A DNA stretch of 31,139 bases. Origin: Candidatus Bathyarchaeum sp. Its GTDB lineage: Archaea; Thermoproteota; Bathyarchaeia; Bathyarchaeales; Bathyarchaeaceae. The stretch covers positions 1 through 31,139 of the forward strand of contig SOJY01000063.1 in NCBI GenBank assembly GCA_004376385.1, in the 5' to 3' direction. The stretch's first letter is position 1; the number at the start of each line of letters is the position of its first letter. The notes beneath the pieces are model-generated. The model was not told the DNA's origin. It did no database searches and saw only the letters and a program-made list of their open reading frames with translations. Positions 7,698 through 17,090 of this stretch are shown here, piece by piece. Position numbers and translations under genes: made by a program.

Positions 7698-8879
7698 ATG
7701 AGCATCGGAATTTTGTTTGAGAGCTCCGAAACCGACGAAAAAGGCATCAAAATGACTGCAGAAGAAATGGGAATAGACTTAACGTACATCCCCTTCCGCA
7801 AAGTTGCAATTCGTCTAGACAAAAACGGTTACAGCCTTCGAACCAAAGGAAAAGATTACACAAACATTCTCAAAGACATCACAGTAGTGTTAAACAGGGC
7901 ACAAAGCAAGAACCGCAGGCTCTTCGCAGCCAACATTCTGGAGGCTTTCGGTAAACACGTGATAAACCCTCAATGCGTAGAATACGCCTGCTTCAGCAAG
8001 TTGAGGACATTACTTCATTTTTGGAAGGCTGGAATTAGGATTCCTGACACAGTTTATGTTCCAGTTGATCCTAACGAAAAAACATTGGATGGACGGGAGG
8101 TACATAACGAGGAAGACATAGCTGACTTGATGCAGCAGGAACTTGACAATAACATTGTAATCAAACCGGACGCTGGAACTCATGGAAAAAGCGTTAAACT
8201 CGCTAAAGAACGTGAAGAACTATTAAGTATTATCAGGGAAGTTGAGCCCTCGATAATTAATCCTGTGGGTGTTCTCGCCCAAAATCTTGTCCAGAAATGG
8301 TTCTATGACCTGAGAATAATAGTCACTAAAGAGTATGGAAAACAGCCATACTGTTATCCCACAGCGTTAGCGCGAGCGGGATTCAAGGATTTCAGGACAA
8401 ACACTTTCTTGGGCAACATGGTTATTGGAGTAAATTTGCCTCAGCACATTAGAGATGTTTCAGCTAAATGTGGTGCAGCCATTGGCGGAGACAGCGAAGC
8501 CTATGTTTTGGCTTTTGATGCAATGGTTGATGTGGGCGACAACAAAATCGTTGACGACGAGTATCTTAAAGCAGAGTTTGATAAGCTTGAGCCTTCTTTT
8601 GATGCTGTGAAAAACGTTAAGCGGGATAAAACTAAGAGGACAAACTTTCCAGAATGGAACAAGAAACTGGAAGCGGCTTTTGAAGACTACAAGAACCAAG
8701 ATGCTTACTTGAACATCAAGAATGTTATCGAAGAGAACATGGAAAAGAACAAACAAAAAATCATGTTCCATGAAACTAATGCGTGTCCCGAATTTTGGGA
8801 ACAAACTAGATTGGCTGCTGGGATAGATTTGGCAGAGGCACTGCTTAAAGGAGCCCAGAGCATTATAGACTCTGAATAG
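7698..8879 (+). CDS. lysX: Atypical LysX/ArgX-like ATP-grasp ligase with large insertions
   Basis: Aligns by eye with LysX (ILFES.ETDEK, VLNR, VIN, IP.T, VIKP..GTHG, Q..V.K..DLR, R....FRTN, FD...E.N..PEF); directly after lysW; 393 aa versus ~280 usual. Confidence 0.8.
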   Translation: MSIGILFESSETDEKGIKMTAEEMGIDLTYIPFRKVAIRLDKNGYSLRTKGKDYTNILKDITVVLNRAQSKNRRLFAANILEAFGKHVINPQCVEYACFSKLRTLLHFWKAGIRIPDTVYVPVDPNEKTLDGREVHNEEDIADLMQQELDNNIVIKPDAGTHGKSVKLAKEREELLSIIREVEPSIINPVGVLAQNLVQKWFYDLRIIVTKEYGKQPYCYPTALARAGFKDFRTNTFLGNMVIGVNLPQHIRDVSAKCGAAIGGDSEAYVLAFDAMVDVGDNKIVDDEYLKAEFDKLEPSFDAVKNVKRDKTKRTNFPEWNKKLEAAFEDYKNQDAYLNIKNVIEENMEKNKQKIMFHETNACPEFWEQTRLAAGIDLAEALLKGAQSIIDSE

Positions 8880-8890
8880 AGGAGAACAAA

Positions 8891-9943
8891 ATGAGGGTTG
8901 GAGTAATTGGCGGCTCAGGATATGTGGGTGGAGAACTAGTAAGGCTGTTGCTTCCCCATCCAGAAGTTGAATTAACAACAGTAACATCCCGCGCAAACGC
9001 CGGAGAATTCCTCTTTACGGTTCACCCAAACCTCAGAGGAGCCACACAACTAAAATTCAGTCCCCCAGACATTTCCAACGTCACCAAAAACTGTGACTTA
9101 GTGTTTGCTGCGATGCCCCACGGCAAATCAGTGAACCTCGTTCCGCAACTCCTTGAAACAGGAGTAAAAGTCATCGACATGAGCGCAGATTACCGCCTGA
9201 ACAACCCCGACGATTACGACAAGTGGTATGGATGGAAGCACACTCATCCAGAACTGCTAAAGGAAGCAGTTTACGGTTTACCTGAGCTTCACCGCGAAGA
9301 AATCAAGAACGCAAAACTGATAGGCTGTCCGGGATGCATGTCCACAGCTACGATTCTGGGATTGGCGCCTCTCGTAAAGGCGGGTGTAATAGAGAAGAAC
9401 AGGATAGTGGCTGATGTGAAGATTGGTTCGTCTGGTGCAGGTCAAAAACCCACTGTTGCGTCTCATCATCCTGAAAGAGCTGGAGGCGTGAGACCCTACA
9501 AGGTAGTGGGGCACAGGCACCTAGCAGAGGTCGAACAAGAACTAAACCTGCTAACAGACGAAAAGGTAACAGTATCTTTCACACCCCACGCAGTCAACAT
9601 GATTCGCGGAATTCTTTCAACAATTCATGCTTTCCTCAAAAAACCCTTGACAACAAAGGATGTCTGGAAACTTTACCGCTCCCAGTATCAAAACGAACAT
9701 TTCATACGCTTTGTTAAATTCAAGAAGGGACCTTACCAGCTGCCAAACCCCAAAGTTACGATGGGAACAAACTATGTTGACATCGGCTTTGAGTTAGATC
9801 CTCGCGCAAAAAGGATAATCGTGTTTTCTGCGATTGATAACCTCATGAGGGGTGCGTCTGGTCAAGGTGTTCAGTGTATGAATGTTATGCTCGGTGTAGA
9901 CGAAACAACTGGGCTAGAATGTCAAGGTTATCATCCGATGTGA
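8891..9943 (+). CDS. lysY: LysW-gamma-aminoadipyl/glutamyl-phosphate reductase (ArgC family)
   Basis: GGSGYVGGEL, IDMSADYRL, YGLPEL, PGC, SGAG, HRH..E, DNL.RGASGQ. Confidence 0.93.
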   Translation: MRVGVIGGSGYVGGELVRLLLPHPEVELTTVTSRANAGEFLFTVHPNLRGATQLKFSPPDISNVTKNCDLVFAAMPHGKSVNLVPQLLETGVKVIDMSADYRLNNPDDYDKWYGWKHTHPELLKEAVYGLPELHREEIKNAKLIGCPGCMSTATILGLAPLVKAGVIEKNRIVADVKIGSSGAGQKPTVASHHPERAGGVRPYKVVGHRHLAEVEQELNLLTDEKVTVSFTPHAVNMIRGILSTIHAFLKKPLTTKDVWKLYRSQYQNEHFIRFVKFKKGPYQLPNPKVTMGTNYVDIGFELDPRAKRIIVFSAIDNLMRGASGQGVQCMNVMLGVDETTGLECQGYHPM

Positions 9944-9951
9944 TAAAAAAG

Positions 9952-10758
9952 ATGCTGATTGTAGTTAAGGTTGGCGGGAGCATCCTCAAAGAGGTGCCGC
10001 CCGAAGTAGTAGCAGACATAAAGAATGTTCTTTCTGAACACCAGTTGGTTCTGGTTCATGGCGGAGGAAAAGGCGTCACAGAAATCGCCTCAAAACTAGG
10101 CAAGGAACAAAAGTTCGTGTTTTCGCCTACCGGCTTCCGCAGCAGATACACAGACAAGGAGACCATGGAAATCTTCACGATGGTTATGGCTGGACGAATC
10201 AACAAGAAACTCGTTTCAGCCCTACAGAAACAGGAGATACCGGTTGTGGGTCTCTCAGGCTTGGATGGCTATCTTTTGCGGGCAGAACGAAAGAAGCGTC
10301 TGGTTATAGTTGATGAGCGGGGAAGAAAACGGGTTATTGATGGCGGATACACAGGAAAAGTTCGCCAAGTTAACGCTTCTTTGCTACAGCTATTACTGGA
10401 GAACGGTTATGTACCGCTGGTTTCTCCGATTGCGGTGAGCGAGGAGTTTGAGCCGCTAAACGTGGATGCTGACCGGACCGCAGCCAATATCGCTGGGGCT
10501 TTGAATGCAGATAAGCTGATTCTGTTGACTGATGTAGAAGGCTTAAAGTTGGATGGCAAGCTGGTGTCGAAGCTGTCTGTTTCTGAGGTTGAGACTGCTC
10601 TTCCAAAGATTGGAGGCGGCATGATTACCAAGGTTTACGCTGCCAAAGAAGCTTTGAATCAGGGTGTTGGCGAAGTGGTTATCGGTTCTGGCGTCAGGAA
10701 GAATCCGATTTCTTCGGCTCTAAAACATGTAGGTGGTACGGTGATAAGCCGTGAATGA
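9952..10758 (+). CDS. lysZ: LysW-aminoadipate/glutamate kinase (ArgB family); start ATG 9952 or GTG 9940 rather than 9874
   Basis: VVKVGGS, VHGGG, SRYTD, GYTGKV, NVDADR.A, LTDVEG, GGM..K. Confidence 0.92.
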   Translation: MLIVVKVGGSILKEVPPEVVADIKNVLSEHQLVLVHGGGKGVTEIASKLGKEQKFVFSPTGFRSRYTDKETMEIFTMVMAGRINKKLVSALQKQEIPVVGLSGLDGYLLRAERKKRLVIVDERGRKRVIDGGYTGKVRQVNASLLQLLLENGYVPLVSPIAVSEEFEPLNVDADRTAANIAGALNADKLILLTDVEGLKLDGKLVSKLSVSEVETALPKIGGGMITKVYAAKEALNQGVGEVVIGSGVRKNPISSALKHVGGTVISRE

Positions 10759-11935
10759 AAAACAGATAGTTGAACTTGAAGAAAAAATTATGGCAAACAC
10801 CTTCGCTAAACGAGGCCTTGTTATCACACGGGGCAAGGGAGCCCTAGTTTGGGACATCAACGGCAAAGAGTATATAGACTGCACAGGCAGCTACGGAGTC
10901 GCTGTTGTTGGTCACTGTCACCCAAGAGTTGTGGAGGCGGTGCAGAGGCAAGTGGAAACGCTCATTGCATGTCACGCATCATTCTATAACGATGCCCGAT
11001 CAGAGCTTCTAGAGAAGCTTATCGGTATAGCTCCTAAGGGATTGGACAGGGTTTTTCTTTCTAACAGCGGCGCTGAATCAGTTGAGTGCGCCATCAAGTT
11101 GGCTAGGAAATATTCGGGTAAACATGAGATGATTGCCATGGTGGGGGCGTTTCACGGTAAGACAATGGGTGCCCTTTCTGCAACTTGGAAAAAGAAGTAT
11201 CGGGCTCCTTTCATGCCTTTGGTTCCGGGCTTCAAGCATGTTCCTCCAAACAATCTTGAAAAGGTGAAAGAGGCGATTACGGATAAGACGGCTGCGGTTC
11301 TTGTGGAACCTATTCGTGGAGAGAGCGGAGTCAGAGTTAATTCGGATGATTTTCTTCCTGGACTGCGGGAAATCTGTGACGAGAAAGATGTTCTGCTAAT
11401 CTTTGATGAGGTGCAGACTGGTTTTGGTCGCACAGGAAAAGTTTTCGCCTGTGAACACTGGAATGTGGTTCCTGACATTATGTGTCTTGCGAAGTCTGTT
11501 GCTGGCGGTTTGCCTATGGGAGCAACGTTTGCGAGGGAAGATGTTATGGCGGCTTTCAAGCGTGGAGAGCATTCTAGCACGTTTAGTGGTAATCCTTTGG
11601 TTTGTGCTGCGGCGAGTGCTGCAATAGATGTGCTAATCGAAGAGAAACTTCCCGAGCGGGCGGCGACCAATGGAAATTACTTCAAGGGCAAGCTAGAAGC
11701 TTTAGCTGAGAAGCATAGGATTGTCAGGGAGGTTCGCGGTTTGGGTCTCATGCTTGGGGTGGAGATGCGGTTTGACGTTTACAATATACTGCTTGATTGC
11801 ATGGAGCAAGGCGTTCTTGTTTTGGATGCTGGAAGGAATGTTGTAAGGTTTCTGCCGCCGCTGGTTATCGAGAAGGAGCAGATCGACAAGGTAGTTAAGG
11901 CTCTGGATGCGGCTATGGAGAAGGAGAACAAATGA
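10751..11935 (+). CDS. lysJ: LysW-semialdehyde aminotransferase (ArgD / class III PLP)
   Basis: YID..GSYGV..GH.HP, NSGAE..E.A.K, FHGKTMG, EPI.GE.G, DEVQTGFGRTG, LAKS.AGG, H.STF.GNP. Confidence 0.93.
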   Translation: MNEKQIVELEEKIMANTFAKRGLVITRGKGALVWDINGKEYIDCTGSYGVAVVGHCHPRVVEAVQRQVETLIACHASFYNDARSELLEKLIGIAPKGLDRVFLSNSGAESVECAIKLARKYSGKHEMIAMVGAFHGKTMGALSATWKKKYRAPFMPLVPGFKHVPPNNLEKVKEAITDKTAAVLVEPIRGESGVRVNSDDFLPGLREICDEKDVLLIFDEVQTGFGRTGKVFACEHWNVVPDIMCLAKSVAGGLPMGATFAREDVMAAFKRGEHSSTFSGNPLVCAAASAAIDVLIEEKLPERAATNGNYFKGKLEALAEKHRIVREVRGLGLMLGVEMRFDVYNILLDCMEQGVLVLDAGRNVVRFLPPLVIEKEQIDKVVKALDAAMEKENK

Positions 11936-13059
11936 GCGACTACGCAGTTGATCTGTTGACGCGTATTGTAAAGATTTACAGTCCGTCAGGCAAGGAAGAG
12001 GAGATTTCCTTGTTCTTGGTTGATGAGATGACGAAGCTTGGTTTTCGTGTTCACATGGACAAAGTTGGAAATGTGATAGGTGAAGTTGGTGAGGGCTCTC
12101 CTGTTATTTTGTTGTGTGGACACATGGACACTGTTGAAGGAGAGATTCCTGTCCGTGTTGAGGATGGACAATTGTATGGTAGGGGCTCGGTGGATGCGAA
12201 GGGTCCTTTGGCTGCTATGATTGTTGCTGCTTCCAAGTTTGTGAATGGCGGTTTTCCGGGTAAGATTCTTGTTGTTGGAGTGGTTGATGAGGAGAAGGGA
12301 GGAACAGGGATTCAGCATTTTGTTGAGGAAGGAATTCAGCCTGATTACGCCATTTTTGGTGAGCCGAGCGGCTTGGAGAAGATTGTTTTCGGTTATAAGG
12401 GTATTTTAACTGTGAAGCTTACTGTTGAGACGCCTTCGGGTCATTCTGCTGCTCCTTGGCTGTTTGACAACGCGATTGAGAAGGCTATGGAGTTTTGGAG
12501 GCAGATTCGTAAGCTCCATTTGCGTGAAGAGAAGCTGAAGAGCCGCTTCTACTCGATTACTTCATGTTTGACTGGGATTAAGGGCGGCAACAGTTCTGCT
12601 TCGTTTATTCCGTCTCATTGTGAGATTCTTGTTCAGTTGCGTATTCCGCCTCAGCTTACTCCCGAGCAAGTGTTTGATGAGGTGAAACGAAAGATTGACA
12701 GGTACAAGGCAACTAACCCGAAGGTTACGGTTAGTGTGGATATGGTGGATGTTGCTAAAGCCTATGAAGCTGACCGCAGATCAGTTATTGTCCGTGCTTT
12801 GGCTTGGGGCATAAGAAAGACGACACTGAATTATGCTTCTTTTTCGCGGAAGACGGGAACGGGCGACATGAATGTTCTTGGTAATGTATTGAAGATTCCG
12901 GTGGTTACATATGGACCAGGAGACTCACGGCTAGACCACACACCCAACGAGCATATTGACATCCAAGAATACTTGGATAGCATAGAGGTACTAAAAAAAG
13001 TGTTAACAAAGTTGCCTGACTTCGTAAAAAGGCAACAGACCAAGAAAACAAACAAGTGA
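11932..13059 (+). CDS. lysK: LysW-lysine/ornithine hydrolase (M20/ArgE family)
   Basis: GHMDTV, GRGSVDAKG, VDEE, GEPS, GH.A.P, GT.DMN, YGPGD..LDHTPNEH. Confidence 0.92.
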   Translation: MSDYAVDLLTRIVKIYSPSGKEEEISLFLVDEMTKLGFRVHMDKVGNVIGEVGEGSPVILLCGHMDTVEGEIPVRVEDGQLYGRGSVDAKGPLAAMIVAASKFVNGGFPGKILVVGVVDEEKGGTGIQHFVEEGIQPDYAIFGEPSGLEKIVFGYKGILTVKLTVETPSGHSAAPWLFDNAIEKAMEFWRQIRKLHLREEKLKSRFYSITSCLTGIKGGNSSASFIPSHCEILVQLRIPPQLTPEQVFDEVKRKIDRYKATNPKVTVSVDMVDVAKAYEADRRSVIVRALAWGIRKTTLNYASFSRKTGTGDMNVLGNVLKIPVVTYGPGDSRLDHTPNEHIDIQEYLDSIEVLKKVLTKLPDFVKRQQTKKTNK

Positions 13060-13100
13060 GCAATAACAGATTTTTTGCTCTTCACAAAGTTGGTTTGTGT

Positions 13101-13511
13101 TTAGTGGCGGTATGTTGGCAGTCTGATTAGGTGTATTGTTACTGCAGTTGCGACTGCGAATAGAATCAGAGCTATCCATATGTTTAGTATGAGAATGGCA
13201 GAGATGCTTATTGTTATCCATAAGGTTGTTATTGCGAATAGTTTTGTTTTCAGTGGGATGCCTTTACCTTCTTTGTAGTTTCGGATGTATTTTCCGAAAT
13301 ACTTGTTGTTTAGCATCCAGTGGGTCATCCGTTCTGAGCTTCTGCAGTAGCAAGCTAAGGCAAGCAACAATAGAGGTGTGGTTGGCAAAAGAGGTAATAC
13401 TATAAAGATAGCCCCAAGTACAAGAAAAACGGTGCCGGCGACAAAGAAGAGTGCGCGACCAATTTTTTGGCTGGTTTTTGTTTCTTTGGTTGTTTCGGGT
13501 TCTTGTTGCAT
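13101..13511 (-). CDS. YbaN/DUF454 family inner-membrane protein
   Basis: LG...IVLPLLPTTP.LLLA..C..RSSER...W..N...FG.YI.NY....GIP...K signature. Confidence 0.85.
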   Translation of the reverse strand: MQQEPETTKETKTSQKIGRALFFVAGTVFLVLGAIFIVLPLLPTTPLLLLALACYCRSSERMTHWMLNNKYFGKYIRNYKEGKGIPLKTKLFAITTLWITISISAILILNIWIALILFAVATAVTIHLIRLPTYRH

Positions 13512-13535
13512 ATCCAGAAGGAATGACGGTAACAG

Positions 13536-13550
13536 TATTAAAATATTTGC
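13536..13550 (-). promoter_or_regulatory. BRE-TATA for a leaderless DUF454 transcript
   Basis: Minus strand GCAAAT-A-TTTTAATA ending 25 nt before ATG 13511. Confidence 0.55.
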
Positions 13551-13605
13551 TCTTTACGCGGAAAAAACCTGAAATATTTGCGAAATTCGTGAAAAAAGGG
13601 GTAAT

Positions 13606-14046
13606 CTATAGGTCGAATGAGGTTTTGATCTTTATGAGACGCGTGGCTGCAGAAAGCGACACTTCCCTGACTCCCGGCATCATTTCGACTCTTTTTCTGA
13701 GGTCGCTTAGGTGCTCCAGATCGTGCGCATGAACCACTGCCACGATGTTGTATTCGCCGGTGTTCTGGAAAACGTGATAGGCTTCGGTTAAGTCGCTTAT
13801 TTGCTCGGACGTTTTTTCGAAGTGGTCAGGAGCTATCTTGACCATCAGTATGCCTGTTGTAGAGTATCCGATCTTTTTGGGATTAAGCAACACCGTGAAT
13901 TTGTTGATGATGCCATTGTCGATTAAGTTTTTGACGCGGTATCTTACTGTAGCCTCGCTGATTCCCAACTCGTTGGCTATATGCGTGTAAGAAGTTCTTG
14001 AATTCTCCTGAAGCAAATTCAAGATTCTCCTGTCCTTATCATCCAA
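13606..14046 (-). CDS. Second Lrp/AsnC-family regulator (start TTG 14046 rather than 14091)
   Basis: LDDKDRRILNLLQENSR.SY..IA.ELGISEATVRYRVKNL HTH; TG.Y..V RAM domain; divergent from pheA. Confidence 0.88.
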   Translation of the reverse strand: MDDKDRRILNLLQENSRTSYTHIANELGISEATVRYRVKNLIDNGIINKFTVLLNPKKIGYSTTGILMVKIAPDHFEKTSEQISDLTEAYHVFQNTGEYNIVAVVHAHDLEHLSDLRKRVEMMPGVREVSLSAATRLIKIKTSFDL

Positions 14047-14247
14047 CCGAAACACCAACAACACCCACCATAGACAACAACAAAAAAACATTTATTACTA
14101 TCGCACAAACCACAAACTACTGTTCAAATTTTCCTGTTCAACACTTTGGAAAACATCGTAATTTGCTGGAAACCTTGCCAGTTTTTGTGGTAAAGTGTTT
14201 TATTTTGGCTTTCATGTCAGATATTAGAATGGAATGGTGTGTTTGTG

Positions 14248-15078
14248 TTGCGGGTTGCTTTTCAGGGAGAACTTGGCGCTTATAGTGAGAGTGCAGTTTA
14301 CAGTTTTTTTGGTCAGTCTGCTGAGGTGAAGCCCTGCAAAAGCTTTGGTGATGTCTTCGAAAGTGTCAAAACTGGAGACGTAGATTATGGGGTTGTTCCC
14401 ATCGAAAACTCTATCGAGGGCAGCGTAAACCGCACCTACGACCTCTTCCTAGAATATGATCTGAAAGTCTGCGGCGAAATAATCATCAGAATCAGTCACT
14501 GCCTCATAGCCCACAAAGGAACCAGCATAGACTCGATCAAAAACGTCTATAGCCATCCCCAAGCCTTAGCACAATGTAGAAAATTTCTAGAACAGCATAA
14601 GCTCAAGGCAATCTCTACTTTTGATACTGCAGGCAGCGTAAAGATGATTAAAGAAGAAAACATGATGGACGCCGCAGCAATAGCCAGCGAAAGAGCCGCC
14701 CAAATCTACGACATGACCATACTCGCAAAAGAGATAGAGGACATCAAAAACAACTCCACCAGATTCTTTGTCCTAGACAAGCAGGACTCGTCCTATTCTG
14801 GAGAAGACAAAACATCCATAATTTTTGCAACCAAATCGATTCCCGGGGCATTATACAAGATATTGGGAGAGTTTGCTGACAGAAACATAAACCTAAGCAA
14901 GATAGAGTCTAGACCCACCAAGCAGACTCCATGGGAGTACCACTTCTATCTAGATTTTGAGGGGCACAGAACCGAAACAAAATGCCAAGAAGCCCTAGAA
15001 AGCATCAAAGACAAAACAATCTTTGTAAAAATCTTGGGCTCCTACAAGGCAGCCAAAAAACCCAACTTCAAACTCTAG
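14248..15078 (+). CDS. pheA: Prephenate dehydratase with ACT domain (start TTG 14248 or GTG 14239)
   Basis: AFQG..GAYSE, VPIENS.EGSV, SHPQAL.QC, TRF, PGAL...L..F....INLSKIESRP. Confidence 0.95.
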   Translation: MRVAFQGELGAYSESAVYSFFGQSAEVKPCKSFGDVFESVKTGDVDYGVVPIENSIEGSVNRTYDLFLEYDLKVCGEIIIRISHCLIAHKGTSIDSIKNVYSHPQALAQCRKFLEQHKLKAISTFDTAGSVKMIKEENMMDAAAIASERAAQIYDMTILAKEIEDIKNNSTRFFVLDKQDSSYSGEDKTSIIFATKSIPGALYKILGEFADRNINLSKIESRPTKQTPWEYHFYLDFEGHRTETKCQEALESIKDKTIFVKILGSYKAAKKPNFKL

Positions 15079-15944
15079 GAATCATCCAAAAGCCGATACA
15101 TAGCCCGATAAGCACGTTCATACTCAGGGTCTAATTCACGCAACCGCTTCTTAACCTGCCCCATCTTACGGCTGAAACCAGCACAATCCTTACTCTTCAC
15201 CATCCTGAGCCACTCTTCAACCTTACTCAAAAACAAGCCCTCAATCTTCTCCATCTCAGGCAAGCTCATGTGAAGATTCGAATAGAAAACAGGCTCCTCA
15301 GAAGAAACAGCCTCCGCCAAAGTCAACAACAACTTATACGTGGCTCCACCCACCGCTTTCGCATCAACAAAGTTAGGATTATTCATTAGAGTGTCGCCGG
15401 CAACCAAACCCACAAAATGAGGAAAACCCAAAACCAAAGACATCAACTCATCATGTTTTCTAGGCGACAAAACAGACACCACGGCTCCACACTTCTCCAG
15501 CCAGCCCCTGAACTCGCCAGCAAACCGTTTCTCCTCATCGCCTACGGGAGTAAGAACAAAATTCTGTCCCTCAAGACTTCTTGCGCCGGGACCAAAAACA
15601 GGATGCGTCCCCAACGTAACACCATGCTCCACATGCTTGTGTAGCAGATTCACGGGAATCTCTTTGATAGAGCCGATGTCCATGACAACCTGATCTGGGC
15701 GCACATGAGAACCAATCTCCCTCAAAACAGCATCTAAGCTGTCAAGAGATACACACAACAAAATCCAGTCAGCATTATCAACAGCCTCCACGTTGCTGCG
15801 GGCTACATCAACCCCAAACTCAGCCCTTAACGCCTCTGCCTTGCTTCGGGTTCGGCTAGAAACAACTACAGAAAAGCCTTCTTCACGGAATAACTTTGTG
15901 AACCATTGACCCATCTTTCCAGCGCCAATAATCGCTACTCTCAA
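15075..15944 (-). CDS. tyrA: Prephenate dehydrogenase
   Basis: IIGAGKMG Rossmann motif, DIGSIK, HPVFGP, HD..M...LG.PH. Confidence 0.92.
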   Translation of the reverse strand: MRVAIIGAGKMGQWFTKLFREEGFSVVVSSRTRSKAEALRAEFGVDVARSNVEAVDNADWILLCVSLDSLDAVLREIGSHVRPDQVVMDIGSIKEIPVNLLHKHVEHGVTLGTHPVFGPGARSLEGQNFVLTPVGDEEKRFAGEFRGWLEKCGAVVSVLSPRKHDELMSLVLGFPHFVGLVAGDTLMNNPNFVDAKAVGGATYKLLLTLAEAVSSEEPVFYSNLHMSLPEMEKIEGLFLSKVEEWLRMVKSKDCAGFSRKMGQVKKRLRELDPEYERAYRAMYRLLDDS

Positions 15945-17062
15945 GGTAGAGCCTCACAGAGCTTCTCCAAGCCCTCTCTAATCTTCTCCTCGTTCACAGT
16001 TAAGGCTATCCTAACGTATTCACGGTAATCCCCGAAGGCGGTTCCGGGAGCCACAGCAACCCCCTTGTCCAGAAGGTCCAAGGCGAAACGTTCTGAATCT
16101 AAGCCATCAACCTTAGGAAACAGATAAAACGGTGCATCAGGACGAGAAAACCGCATCTTCGACTTCGAAAGAACAGAGTACGCCGCATCTGCTCTCACCT
16201 TAAACTGCCTCCGGATATCATCTGCAATCTTTTTTCTAGACTCCAAACCCTTCAAAGCGCCGTACTGGATAAACGCTGGAACACATGTTGTGGTTATCTG
16301 GTTTAGCTTGATCATCCGCGTAGCCAATTCCTTTTCAACAACAACGTATCCGATTCTCCAGCCCGTCATCAAGAACGATTTCGAAAAACCAGTCACCAGA
16401 ATATTGTCTGCCCCAAAATCGAGGATAGATTTAGCTTTAACGAAGCTGATGTCCGAGTAAACCTCATCCGACAGAACCGTTACTCCCTTGCTTTTTGCTA
16501 TCTGAACAATCTCACTGAAAGTTTTGTCATCAATAACCTTGCTCGTTGGATTATTAGGGCTATTCAGTATTATCAGCCGCGTCTTGTCATCAATCAAAGC
16601 TTCAAGTTTTTCAGCGTCAACCTTCCAGTCAGACTCAAGGTCTCTCCTCAAAAACCGTATTTCAGCCCCAATCTTCTTCGCGGCTAACTCGTAACTGGTC
16701 CAATGAGGAGACGGAACAACAACGTTCTCTCCCCGCTTCAACAACAGAAACAACAAAGAAAAGATCGCCCACTTCGAACCAGTGGTCACAACCACATTAT
16801 CCACAGACACGCCATGAATCCTAGCCAACTCTTCTCGCAGCTTCTTCTCGCCAGCAGCAGAAGAATACTTCGTCTTTCCCTGCTTCATAGCTTCGTACGC
16901 TGCTTCAACTATTTCAGGCGGTGTTGGCAGGTCTGGGTCTCCCAGATTAAACTTGATCATCTCTTTTCCTTGATTCTCAAGTTGTATCGCTTTTTCGCTT
17001 ATTTCATACAGCATCTTCCTTAACTCCCAAGGGAACATAGAACTGACTGTTTTTCTCATCAA
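15941..17062 (-). CDS. Class I/II PLP aminotransferase (probably aromatic/aspartate)
   Basis: G.PD..TP, NSPNNPT, DEVY, GFSK....TGWRIGY, PG.AFG, R; substrate inferred from operon position. Confidence 0.85.
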   Translation of the reverse strand: MMRKTVSSMFPWELRKMLYEISEKAIQLENQGKEMIKFNLGDPDLPTPPEIVEAAYEAMKQGKTKYSSAAGEKKLREELARIHGVSVDNVVVTTGSKWAIFSLLFLLLKRGENVVVPSPHWTSYELAAKKIGAEIRFLRRDLESDWKVDAEKLEALIDDKTRLIILNSPNNPTSKVIDDKTFSEIVQIAKSKGVTVLSDEVYSDISFVKAKSILDFGADNILVTGFSKSFLMTGWRIGYVVVEKELATRMIKLNQITTTCVPAFIQYGALKGLESRKKIADDIRRQFKVRADAAYSVLSKSKMRFSRPDAPFYLFPKVDGLDSERFALDLLDKGVAVAPGTAFGDYREYVRIALTVNEEKIREGLEKLCEALP

Positions 17063-17090
17063 GAATTGTGTAATACTGCTTTAAGTCTTC

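Noticed and set aside
8460-8996. Long antisense or alternate-frame ORFs in the track (also 3672-4163, 11152-11670, 20121-20579, 21516-22079, 26555-27058 and others)
   Set aside because: They shadow well-supported genes, show no recognisable motifs, and are expected from codon bias.
9874-9951. Cys/Arg-rich N-terminal extension of LysZ in the track
   Set aside because: It lies inside the lysY 3' end; the kinase fold starts at MLIVVKVGG (9952).
14092-14247. Search for a Phe-rich leader peptide before pheA
   Set aside because: None found; the only ORF (…MSDIRMEWCVCVAGCF…) overlaps the pheA start and has no Phe run.
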